A DNA stretch of 64,000 nt from an uncultured Bacillota bacterium (GTDB taxonomy: Bacteria; Bacillota; Clostridia; Christensenellales; UBA1242): the NCBI GenBank assembly GCA_946499835.1, contig CAMMTJ010000002.1, positions 13,292-77,291 on the forward strand, written 5' to 3'. Below, one piece after another: positions 1-8,893 of this stretch. The position numbers were made by a program, and so were the translations under genes. How positions within the stretch are numbered: the first letter of the stretch is position 1; each line of letters starts with the position of its first letter. Below the pieces are notes generated by a model. That model was not told the DNA's origin. It saw nothing but the letters and a program-made list of their open reading frames with translations, and searched no databases.

Positions 1-3000
1 ACAGTCAGAGACAGTTATGCTGTTGCTGACATCCTCTATCGTGCAGGTATTGAGGAGATAGAAGATGATCTTGACACCCCAGAAAATGAGAGCGAGACGG
101 TTTACGGCTCAATGTCTGGATTGGTGGGCAGCGGCTCTGCTTCAATTTATGGATCTTTCAGCGGTGGAAGACTGAGCACATATATTGATGCAAACATGTA
201 TGCCTTCTCACAAGGAAGCCACACAATCACAAATTCATACACTTACACAACTCTGGACTGGAATGACCACACAAGCGAAAAAACTGAACCAGCAGATACG
301 ACTATTATTTCTGTGTTTGGTAGTGTAACCAACGAGAGTAGTAATTTGTATTATGATGCAAAAGCATTGAATAGATCTCTTAAAAATGACACCAATAAAG
401 GAAGTGCATTTGGTACATCAACTACAATGTCAACTGATGGTTGGGGAACGTTTAACTTAAAAATTGGAGATAGAGAATTTAAAGATACAAATGGTTTATA
501 CAACTTTGGCTACTCAGTGAGATCAAACTTCAAATATCTCGCTCCATCATCTCTATACACAAGACCAGAAGCAGATGATAGCGATAATGGTGATGATATC
601 AGTTATGAAGATTGTATTAAAGAATATGACTACACTCGTTTGTCTCTTGAAAAAACGTTGTATTTGATAGGAAATGACAACAACAACGCTTCCAACACAG
701 CATATGGCATTCCAAACTATACTGTCTTGACAAAAATGATTGGACAGGTAGGCAATAAATATAATATTTATGTTTTGACAAATGATATAGACAACTATGA
801 GAATACATCATCAAGCAGAAAGAACTGGACTCCAACAAGCCTTGGCGTATCTGAACTTGATGGCAATGGACATACAATCAACAACTTGGGTGCAACGATG
901 TTCACAAGTTTGTCTACTTCATCTGTTAAGCAAACCGTTAGAAACATCAGACTGACAAATGATAACAATTTGCATTTGGCTTACGCAATTTTGGCTCAAT
1001 CATTGAAGACTGGCACAACTATTTCAAATGTGACATTGTCTGGGTATATTGTTGAAGGTGATGAAAGCAAGAATTTGGCTGCTTTGGCAGGACTTGCAGA
1101 TGGAACTGATATAACAATCAACGCTGTGACAAACCTTGCTCATGTAAGGAAGACAGGAAAGAACACTGACAACTGTGCTGGTGGATTGATTGGATATGTA
1201 AACGATGGTGCAAATGTGACAATAAATTATAGTTCAAACTATGGAACCATCCAAAATGATAATGGATCATCTAAGGCAGGAAATGACAATGCAAAAACAG
1301 CCCATGCAGGAGGTCTTGTTGGTGGAGTTGGTGGAACATTAACTATCGAAAATTCATACAACGCAAACTCTGTTATTGTAAATTACACCAGCACATCAGA
1401 CGAGAAGGATATGACAACTCATGCAGGTGGACTTGTTGGCTGGGCAACTGGAACAGTTAACATTTCAAACTCATACAACTCTGGTATAGTAAAAGCCGGC
1501 AACAAAAAAGTGGGAACAAATGGCTCATCTGTATCATACGCAGGTGGAATCATTGGCTATGGCACAACAGGAAAAATCGAAAACTGCTTCAACGAAGGCT
1601 CAATCGAAGCGCTGGGCAAGAATCCGGAATTTGAACTTGGGTATACAATTGGTATTGATGAAAAACGGATACTTGAATATCCAAATATGGATACCGTCAA
1701 AGGAGCCTTTTGGGCAGCTGGAGTGCTTCAAGTAAGTTTTTATGGAATTTATAACTATTACATTAAAGAAGTTTATGTCGAACAAAAATCAGAATTGTCA
1801 CAAAATGTTTACGCACTTGGTATAGGATATTTGACAAATAATAGTCAAGAAGAAGATAATGGAGACAATTATAATAATGGAAATATAAAAAATAATGGAA
1901 CTAAACAACTTAGTAATGAAGGAGATCGTAAACTAGCAATAGTTGACATGACAGACAAAACGAAAATAACAAATGGTTCAATATTATATCAGGATAGAGG
2001 GTATGTGCCAGTTAGCGTGGCTTCACAAGGCGTTTTCAAAACGCGCCCTTATTATAACGCTACTGAAGAAAATGGGAAATACAATATTAATTTTGATAAT
2101 TTAGGATATGATCAGGATTTTTATAATAGTAAAATAAATCCTAATTCTGCTGTTATTATTAAATCGACAGGTTTTGATGAAAATGGTATGCCAGTTAGTG
2201 CAGTGATTAAAGTTCCAAATGTTGTTACAGTCGGAATGTCATCATCATGGACAGCGACTGACAAAAGTTATGTGAATGCAGATCTTTATTCAATAGATTT
2301 TCAATCAGGAGGACTGATTGATTATCAATCAAAATTTGAAACTGATGGCGTAAATGTAGATGTCGCAAGTGTGGATACCAATAACATTGAAACTATTCGA
2401 TCAAGCACTAGATCAAAAGAAGCTGGATCGTATGAAACGATAGAAATTAATGGCGAGTCATATTATCTTGCAAATTCAAACAATGTGAATGCCTTGTTTA
2501 GTGCAGGTGTGTATTCATATACTCTTGAAGTAGATGTTGATCAAAGTTGGCAATACTTGTCTGCACGTGATTTACAATTGTCAAATCCGATGGTCGGAAG
2601 TACTAGCGTAAATGCAAGAGTTAGCCAAATTTATATTGATCAAGGACAAACGAAAGTGTCAATTATAATTTCTTCTTCTGAGCCGTTCTCAGGGAACTTT
2701 ACGGCAACACTTTCTGCAAACTATCAAACACAATCTATTGTGGACATCAGTAATTTTGTTTATTATTATGATGTTGAGACTGAATTGTATGGGATTTTAA
2801 CAAATTATAGCACCGAAGAGCTAGGTTATTTAGGAGAAGGGTATACTTTATCTTCAGGAAGTCAAGTATATCAAGGAGCGCAAGTAATACAATTGCTGAA
2901 AAGCGATAGATATAATGAAATAAATAACTCAAGTAATGATAATTCTGCAATAACAATGCCAGGTTTTGAAGATTCTGATTATATTTACATGATCTGGGAT

Positions 3001-6000
3001 GAAAATGACAAAGCACTATTGTATTTGCCAAATGCGACCTTAAAGGACCCAGATGGACAAGATTATGATGTCAATGCAACTCCTTTCACTAACATTATTG
3101 CAGAAGAGATTAGTTATAATAATATTTACATCTCTGCAGAAGAAACAATTCAGGTTGCAATTGATTTCTCCGAGTATCAACACAACGAGACTTTAATAGA
3201 AACTGCTGGGGAAGATGATGTTGAAGGAACAATTTCTGTTGGAGAAGTTTTATCAGATATGGGTGGACAAATTAATACTCAGTATGATAGTGAGATAACA
3301 CTCAATTTCTCAATTAAAGACACTATTGAAGGTGTTTCAGCAGGCACATATGATTTGGTTTACAAAGGTTCTGAGGAATCTATAATTGCTCAAATTGTTG
3401 GGCAGGATATTGATGGTGTAATATCTTTCACAATGAGTGGCGTTGAAAGCACCACGATTGGTTTTGAAAATTACACTTTTGTAGTTAATTATGACAATGA
3501 AACAGGTCGCCTTATATTGACACTTTCAGGTTTGGATATGACCAATAGTGGTTTATTACAAGAAGCAGAGAGAATAGTCAATGCGATATCTGATCTGTTT
3601 GTTCTAAGATATGAAGATGAAAGTCAAGTTGCACAGGAGATAAGTTTCGATCAAATACTTAATCTTACCTATACTTATCAAGAGAAAGCGGGGGCATTTA
3701 ATATAACAGGGTTTAATGCAAATCCTACAGAGTTTATGTTATTAGATCAAAATATACCTATGATTGCAAGAAGCAATTCTGGAAGTTTTGTAGTTAACGA
3801 AGAACAACAAGTTACATTTACAATAAATGATATTGTTTATACTGCCAGATTTGAAGTTTTGGAGAATAATATAGGTGTAAGGCTTGTATTTAATGAACAA
3901 ATCTCAAATGACATTTTGGCTGAATTGCAATCTCAAATCAGAAGTTATCTATCTGGATTGATGGCAATTTCAAATAATGAAAATGAGAATAGTATGGATA
4001 TAGAAGATCTATTCCCTGAGAAACAAGATATATCAGACTCAATAATTTTTGGCGACGAAGGACAATTTACAATTGGTTATAACCAAGTTATTGGAAAAGA
4101 TTGGATATTGGATGAGACTTTGAGCGATATATTTGAAATTACAAAACATGAAAATGGAGATGTAACCATTTCTGTTAAAGACGAAGCGATTACGGTTTAT
4201 ACTCTTGGTGATGTTGAAATTTATAGGTATGAGTATGAATATTCACTAAGACAATCTTGGTGGACAGAACGTCTGTCAGCAACTTTATCCACACAATCCC
4301 AAGAAGAAAAGATTATGGCAGGATTGACATTAAAGGGAGTAACTCAAACAGGAGATCTTATCAGTGGTATCTCAAATGAGGTTGAAAATATTACCGATGA
4401 AAACATAAATTTGATCGCTGAAATATATTCTCAATATCATTTGGCTGAAAACGATAATTATTCTATCAGTGCAATAATTGAAAAAGATAATAGTTATGCA
4501 TCTGTAGTACTTGTATATAATAACGAATCAAGTAGTTGGCAATTAGGAACTGTGGGCTATATTTATGCCGTGGAAGGTAATAATTATGGAGTTATTTCAG
4601 TAAAAACAACTGATGGTACTACAATTTGGTATGATACTAACGAAAATACAATTTTGCGTTTAGAAGATGGCGTTTACACAACATATTATAACAGTCAATA
4701 TAACTATTACGAACAAACGCATACATCTTTGCCAGAAACTATTTATACTTCTGCTACATTAAGTGATGGTACATCTGGAATACCAGGCACAAGTTTTGAT
4801 ACCAATAACTTTATGATTTTTGAGAATATAGAAGAATCATATCATATAACAGAAGATGGATATCTGTATTTTACGAATGGATATGCAGTTGTAAATAAGC
4901 TGAATGATAGATATTATACACAGTCAGAAAGAGATAATGTTGTTTCAGGTTATATTTTGACATTCCCTAAATATGAAATTATGGAATATAAGCCAAATAT
5001 AGGAACTGTTGATTTATATGAAATAAAAGATGATAAGGTTGTCTATAAAAAAGATGAGAATGAGAACAAAATAAATATTTTATGGAAAAAGGATGCATCA
5101 GCAAGCAGTGCAATAGTCACATTTTCTATTGGCGGAAATAAGGTATTGAATACGTCTGTTAGTTCTGGAAGTAGTGTAACCCCAGGAAATATAATCTTGA
5201 TGCAAGATATTTCGCTAGCTGCCGTTACTGCTGGAATTGACAAAAATGAACTTATTAATATATCAGGTAACGATTATTTATTATCTTTCTATAGCACAGT
5301 AGAAGGTACTAGTCTATATAATTCAACGATATCTAAAGATAACAATGGATATTTCAAAAACATTAAATTTTTAGTAGAGTTAAATAATGCAAGTTTGTTG
5401 CCGAGCAATTCAAGTACAAACTATATAAATCTTTCAGGTTACGGAGTTGTCAATTCGGCATCAGATGGATATGGATTATTTGCAGATACTACCATAAACG
5501 GTCAAACTAATAATGCAATTTCGCGTAATTTATCTTTTGAGAACAATATTTCTATTGTAGGAATAGACGGGACAAATGCAAATGAATCTGGTTCGGATGG
5601 ACAAAAAGGAGCGACTATCGGTTTTGCCGAAAGTTATAAATCTGAAACATTTGAAGATGAAAATGGTGAGGATCAAGTTAATGTATTGGCTTATTTTGAA
5701 AAATTAACAAATTATGGGTTTATAGACGCTGGTGACGGAGGTACAGGATACAAAGGAAATGATGGTGAATCATCTAGAAAAGCAGGGTTGACAGGAGGAG
5801 ACGGTGGAGATGGAGGATCTATCTTATGGCAAGGCAGTTTGGACAATTATGGATTATTAAAACTTGGAGATGCCGGAAATGCTGGTGCTGGAGGAACGGG
5901 ATATAACGGAAAAGATGCTCCACAAGGTAATAATGTAAAGAATATCGGAAATTGGGATGAAACTATTGATTCGTTGCCTGGAGATGAAGGAAGCCCTGGT

Positions 6001-6411
6001 GACAATGGAAATAAGGGAAACCTTCCTGAAGACTCAGATATTAAAACAGGAATAATTTCTGGAACGGGCATTGAGTTCCAAAGTACTACTGGTGGTAGAG
6101 GAAGATTTGGGTTCGGAGGTATTGGAATGTTTCAGGAAACTTGGGGAGCTGGGCCTTTGGCTGTCGTGCGTATATCTTCCTGGATACCACTAAAAAGTAC
6201 TTATTATGAATTTGACACATACAGCACAGGGAATAGAGGATATAAAGATAAAGTTTTTGATAATAATTGGGATTTGCTTGTGTACGGTTCTGATGAACTA
6301 CAGGACGAACTGCAAGGGAAAATTAATCTAATGATGTGTGTATTTGGATATGAAGAATTAGATTCAATATATAAAGGCATAATGCCATTTAGTGTTCGAA
6401 TGCCATCTTAA
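1..6411 (+). CDS. Giant GLUG-repeat surface protein, 5' end cut by the window edge (at least 2136 aa)
   Basis: Frame 1 has no stop from nt 1 to the first ATG at 112 (TVRDSYAVADILYRAG...), so the gene starts left of the window; stop at 6409-6411. It contains 'LDGNGHTINNL' and at least four ~30-aa repeats of the form (A/H)GG(L/I)(V/I)G...N.S.N.G, typical of GLUG-motif adhesin / IgA-protease-like proteins. A Gly-rich tract lies near the C-terminus. Confidence 0.8.
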   Translation, partial: TVRDSYAVADILYRAGIEEIEDDLDTPENESETVYGSMSGLVGSGSASIYGSFSGGRLSTYIDANMYAFSQGSHTITNSYTYTTLDWNDHTSEKTEPADTTIISVFGSVTNESSNLYYDAKALNRSLKNDTNKGSAFGTSTTMSTDGWGTFNLKIGDREFKDTNGLYNFGYSVRSNFKYLAPSSLYTRPEADDSDNGDDISYEDCIKEYDYTRLSLEKTLYLIGNDNNNASNTAYGIPNYTVLTKMIGQVGNKYNIYVLTNDIDNYENTSSSRKNWTPTSLGVSELDGNGHTINNLGATMFTSLSTSSVKQTVRNIRLTNDNNLHLAYAILAQSLKTGTTISNVTLSGYIVEGDESKNLAALAGLADGTDITINAVTNLAHVRKTGKNTDNCAGGLIGYVNDGANVTINYSSNYGTIQNDNGSSKAGNDNAKTAHAGGLVGGVGGTLTIENSYNANSVIVNYTSTSDEKDMTTHAGGLVGWATGTVNISNSYNSGIVKAGNKKVGTNGSSVSYAGGIIGYGTTGKIENCFNEGSIEALGKNPEFELGYTIGIDEKRILEYPNMDTVKGAFWAAGVLQVSFYGIYNYYIKEVYVEQKSELSQNVYALGIGYLTNNSQEEDNGDNYNNGNIKNNGTKQLSNEGDRKLAIVDMTDKTKITNGSILYQDRGYVPVSVASQGVFKTRPYYNATEENGKYNINFDNLGYDQDFYNSKINPNSAVIIKSTGFDENGMPVSAVIKVPNVVTVGMSSSWTATDKSYVNADLYSIDFQSGGLIDYQSKFETDGVNVDVASVDTNNIETIRSSTRSKEAGSYETIEINGESYYLANSNNVNALFSAGVYSYTLEVDVDQSWQYLSARDLQLSNPMVGSTSVNARVSQIYIDQGQTKVSIIISSSEPFSGNFTATLSANYQTQSIVDISNFVYYYDVETELYGILTNYSTEELGYLGEGYTLSSGSQVYQGAQVIQLLKSDRYNEINNSSNDNSAITMPGFEDSDYIYMIWDENDKALLYLPNATLKDPDGQDYDVNATPFTNIIAEEISYNNIYISAEETIQVAIDFSEYQHNETLIETAGEDDVEGTISVGEVLSDMGGQINTQYDSEITLNFSIKDTIEGVSAGTYDLVYKGSEESIIAQIVGQDIDGVISFTMSGVESTTIGFENYTFVVNYDNETGRLILTLSGLDMTNSGLLQEAERIVNAISDLFVLRYEDESQVAQEISFDQILNLTYTYQEKAGAFNITGFNANPTEFMLLDQNIPMIARSNSGSFVVNEEQQVTFTINDIVYTARFEVLENNIGVRLVFNEQISNDILAELQSQIRSYLSGLMAISNNENENSMDIEDLFPEKQDISDSIIFGDEGQFTIGYNQVIGKDWILDETLSDIFEITKHENGDVTISVKDEAITVYTLGDVEIYRYEYEYSLRQSWWTERLSATLSTQSQEEKIMAGLTLKGVTQTGDLISGISNEVENITDENINLIAEIYSQYHLAENDNYSISAIIEKDNSYASVVLVYNNESSSWQLGTVGYIYAVEGNNYGVISVKTTDGTTIWYDTNENTILRLEDGVYTTYYNSQYNYYEQTHTSLPETIYTSATLSDGTSGIPGTSFDTNNFMIFENIEESYHITEDGYLYFTNGYAVVNKLNDRYYTQSERDNVVSGYILTFPKYEIMEYKPNIGTVDLYEIKDDKVVYKKDENENKINILWKKDASASSAIVTFSIGGNKVLNTSVSSGSSVTPGNIILMQDISLAAVTAGIDKNELINISGNDYLLSFYSTVEGTSLYNSTISKDNNGYFKNIKFLVELNNASLLPSNSSTNYINLSGYGVVNSASDGYGLFADTTINGQTNNAISRNLSFENNISIVGIDGTNANESGSDGQKGATIGFAESYKSETFEDENGEDQVNVLAYFEKLTNYGFIDAGDGGTGYKGNDGESSRKAGLTGGDGGDGGSILWQGSLDNYGLLKLGDAGNAGAGGTGYNGKDAPQGNNVKNIGNWDETIDSLPGDEGSPGDNGNKGNLPEDSDIKTGIISGTGIEFQSTTGGRGRFGFGGIGMFQETWGAGPLAVVRISSWIPLKSTYYEFDTYSTGNRGYKDKVFDNNWDLLVYGSDELQDELQGKINLMMCVFGYEELDSIYKGIMPFSVRMPS

Positions 6412-6422
6412 AAGGAGAGTGA

Positions 6423-7130
6423 GTGATGATGAAAAAGGATGATGGGAAAAATATCCATGCTGGGCATAGGGAGAGATTATCAAATCTGGTCGCTAAGGCT
6501 GGGATTGAAAATGTTTCTGATGTTCAAGCGCTGGAATTTGTTCTCACATACATATTTCCAAGAGGGGATGTAAATCCCCTCGCTCACCGTCTTCTTGACA
6601 AGTTTGGCACTTTTGCCGATGTGCTTGATGCCGATCCTCTCGAACTTGAATCGGTCAATGGTATTGGGCCAAGAGCATCAAGAATGATTTCGCTCTTACC
6701 AGAAATATTTCATCTTTACACAATCAGCAGAATTACTGGAAAAATTCCTGTAAACGATCTATCCAGCATACTTGACTATTGCGAACAACTTTTACGTTTC
6801 AAAAACACCGAAGAGTTTTACATCGTTGGACTTGATTCTTCAAGCAAAATTATTGCTAGACGGAAACTTGCAAGCGGATCAATAAATGCGGTTGGTATTC
6901 AGCCGATTGAAGTTTCAAAATTTATTGCATCTTCACGTGCTGTCATGGTGTTTATCACTCACAATCATCCTGGTGGCAGTGCAAGACCTTCCAAACAAGA
7001 CAACAGTGCGACTGACATCTTTGAGAAGTTTTGCAATTCGCTCGGTGTGCACTTCATTGACCACATTATTGTTGGCAGTGATGGAGTGTATAGTTTCAAT
7101 TACAAAAGCATGGTTAGGACTTTCGCCTAA
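6423..7130 (+). CDS. radC: RadC-family JAB/MPN domain protein
   Basis: N-terminal 'HAGHRERL' and helix-hairpin-helix-like 'LELESVNGIGPRASRMI'. C-terminal JAMM signature 'HNHPGGSARPSKQD'. AGGAG lies upstream; the true start may be the ATG at 6426. Confidence 0.8.
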   Translation: MMMKKDDGKNIHAGHRERLSNLVAKAGIENVSDVQALEFVLTYIFPRGDVNPLAHRLLDKFGTFADVLDADPLELESVNGIGPRASRMISLLPEIFHLYTISRITGKIPVNDLSSILDYCEQLLRFKNTEEFYIVGLDSSSKIIARRKLASGSINAVGIQPIEVSKFIASSRAVMVFITHNHPGGSARPSKQDNSATDIFEKFCNSLGVHFIDHIIVGSDGVYSFNYKSMVRTFA

Positions 7131-7147
7131 CCATGTTTTTTTAGAAG

Positions 7148-7513
7148 TTAAATGATAAAACTTGCTATGATTGCGCCAAGCAGTCCACCGATAAAGGCGA
7201 GCAGTGGAACGAGCAAGAAAACCAGCCAAAAGGGTTTGTTTGATTCCTTGACGCCTTTTGTATGTTCATTTTCAATGAGTTCATAGCCAAAAGGCAGCAC
7301 GCTTAGGCAATAAAGTCCATTTTCTTCATATTTGATTGAAATGCAATCAAGATGTTCAAGATAGTCAATGATATGACAAAGCCCACTTCCATCAACTTTA
7401 TATTTTGATGGCAACTGAGAGATTATTTCCTTGCTTTCAATGATCTCATATTCACCATTTGGGCACAGATTTGCAAGCAGTTTTAACACCAATTTTGATT
7501 TTATATCAAGCAT
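7148..7513 (-). CDS. Small membrane-tethered winged-helix-like protein (paralog 1)
   Basis: 121 aa. The N-terminal ~85 aa have a helix-turn-helix plus wing pattern (KLVLKLLANL...IIESKEIISQL...LCHIIDYLEHLDCISIKYEENGLYCLSVLPFG). A single C-terminal hydrophobic span follows (FWLVFLLVPLLAFIGGLLGAIIASFII). Same architecture as 8522-8881. Confidence 0.55.
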   Translation of the reverse strand: MLDIKSKLVLKLLANLCPNGEYEIIESKEIISQLPSKYKVDGSGLCHIIDYLEHLDCISIKYEENGLYCLSVLPFGYELIENEHTKGVKESNKPFWLVFLLVPLLAFIGGLLGAIIASFII

Positions 7514-7582
7514 ATATTTATCATTTTGAATAAAAATATATTTATTCGACCATTGACAACATTCGACAACTTATTGTCACTA

Positions 7583-7611
7583 TTGACAAAGATTGAACTT
7601 AATGATATACT
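7583..7611 (+). promoter_or_regulatory. Sigma-70-type promoter, TTGACA-17-TATACT
   Basis: TTGACA at 7583-7588, a 17-nt spacer, TATACT at 7606-7611. GGGGGA and the ATG at 7631 follow. Confidence 0.65.
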
Positions 7612-7630
7612 ATCGGCAAATGGGGGATTT

Positions 7631-8419
7631 ATGGCAAAAGTTGAAACAGATTGGGTGAACATATTAGATGAAGTTTTTTCTTTTTATGTAAAAGGTTATC
7701 GAAACAAACAGTTGACACTTTCAGATGACTTCTACATTGTTGCTGAAAAGGTGCTTGCTGGTGGTATTGATGAGTATATGGCTGGTTATGACCATTATAC
7801 AACATCGCCAAGCAGAGATTTTTCTGAGTATAACTTCACCACAAAGGCAAGGTATGTTCTGCAAAAGATATTTAATATGCATGATGGGGCAATTTTCTTT
7901 AATCTTAAACTGTTAAACGAAAAGGCAGTCAAAAATTCTCTTGAAAGGCAAAAGAAAAGCGTTAATGATATGGATAACAATGGATACAAATTGCCAAAGA
8001 AGAGAATAAAGACAGAAAACAAACAAGAAATTTTTGATACATTAAACTTTCATGAAGACAGAGTAATAAACCAAGAACTTACCAATCAAGATCATGACAA
8101 ACTTTTTGATGAGGATTATGAAGATGCTTGCGACAGCCCTTATGGATCAGCACTTGTAAAGTCACGAAATGATGCTTATGAGAAGATAGTTGCAAGAAGG
8201 AAAAGAAATGTTGAGGCTTGGCAAGAGAAGAAAAAGTATGGTGGTCGATGGACATATATTGTTGGCGATGAAATACTTTCTTCAAAAGATTTTGAAGAGG
8301 CTGGGGCACAGTATGATATAGTGGGGGCTGACTTTTCAAAAGCATTTTCAAACAAATGTGCAAAACTGGGAATTGATAGTGCAAAACTGATCCTTTCTAA
8401 TATTGAACAAGGAATGTAA
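7631..8419 (+). CDS. Hypothetical protein (262 aa), no recognisable motif
   Basis: Long ORF. I moved the start from the track's TTG at 7526 to the ATG at 7631, because 7526-7630 contains the consensus promoter and a GGGGGA SD. The protein is soluble, charged and K/E/D-rich in its centre. Confidence 0.6.
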   Translation: MAKVETDWVNILDEVFSFYVKGYRNKQLTLSDDFYIVAEKVLAGGIDEYMAGYDHYTTSPSRDFSEYNFTTKARYVLQKIFNMHDGAIFFNLKLLNEKAVKNSLERQKKSVNDMDNNGYKLPKKRIKTENKQEIFDTLNFHEDRVINQELTNQDHDKLFDEDYEDACDSPYGSALVKSRNDAYEKIVARRKRNVEAWQEKKKYGGRWTYIVGDEILSSKDFEEAGAQYDIVGADFSKAFSNKCAKLGIDSAKLILSNIEQGM

Positions 8420-8448
8420 ACAGGTTTTTGATAAACCTGTTTTATTTT
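8420..8448 (+). terminator. Intrinsic terminator
   Basis: Stem ACAGGTTT (8420-8427) / AAACCTGT (8433-8440), loop TTGAT, then TTTATTTT. Confidence 0.6.
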
Positions 8449-8521
8449 GGCATAGTTATCACAATTTTTGTCAAAAATGATATTAAAAGCAAGGCGTTTG
8501 TCTTATTGCAAGAGGAGGAGA

Positions 8522-8881
8522 ATGTCAGACCGAAAAGACAAAATGGTGATGGCTTATCTTTGTGGGGTGTGTAAAGATGAAGGAGCACACCTTGTTTCTC
8601 CGCACGCTATTGCAGAGGCGCTATGTCACAAAGTTGTGTTGTCAGTTGCTGAGATTGATGAGATTATGACAAATCTTTCTATGCAAAATTACCTCGATTT
8701 TGTTGTGTCTGACAGCAAAAATGGTTATTATTATTGTATAACATTAAAAAGCAAAGGCAGATCATTTTTAATTGATGCAAAAAAGCAAAGAAAAGCACTT
8801 TTGATGCTCATACTTCGAAGTATGTTTCTTGCGACAGTCAGTTTTGTGTTTGGAATAATATTGAAAGCAATTTTCAAATGA
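8522..8881 (+). CDS. Small membrane-tethered winged-helix-like protein (paralog 2)
   Basis: The ATG at 8522 is preceded by AGAGGAGGAG. 119 aa. wHTH-like N-terminal part (VSPHAIAEAL...LSVAEIDEIMTNLSMQNYLDFVVSDSKNGYYYCITLKSKGRSF) followed by one C-terminal TM span (LLMLILRSMFLATVSFVFGIILKAIF). It ends 12 nt before uvrB with no terminator in between. Confidence 0.55.
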   Translation: MSDRKDKMVMAYLCGVCKDEGAHLVSPHAIAEALCHKVVLSVAEIDEIMTNLSMQNYLDFVVSDSKNGYYYCITLKSKGRSFLIDAKKQRKALLMLILRSMFLATVSFVFGIILKAIFK

Positions 8882-8893
8882 TAAGGAGGAGAG

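Noticed and set aside
5560-7130. Reading the GLUG giant's distinct C-terminal tail plus the downstream gene as a polymorphic toxin / immunity pair.
   Set aside because: The downstream gene is a standard RadC/JAB protein with intact catalytic residues, not a small immunity-like protein. The C-terminal tail shows no nuclease, deaminase or peptidase motif, and no pre-toxin or PT-TG-type junction is visible.
7526-7630. Longer upstream non-ATG or ATG starts proposed by the ORF track. Track start versus the start I use: 7526 vs 7631, 8468 vs 8522, 10909 vs 10942, 12477 vs 12504, 23036 vs 23000, 33916 vs 33814, 37580 vs 37589, 52753 vs 52726, 52867 vs 52873.
   Set aside because: In each case the extension lacks an SD. 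It overlaps a promoter or terminator, or adds residues that do not fit the conserved family N-terminus. The downstream start has a properly spaced AGGAG-like SD, except for uvrA, which is treated as leaderless.
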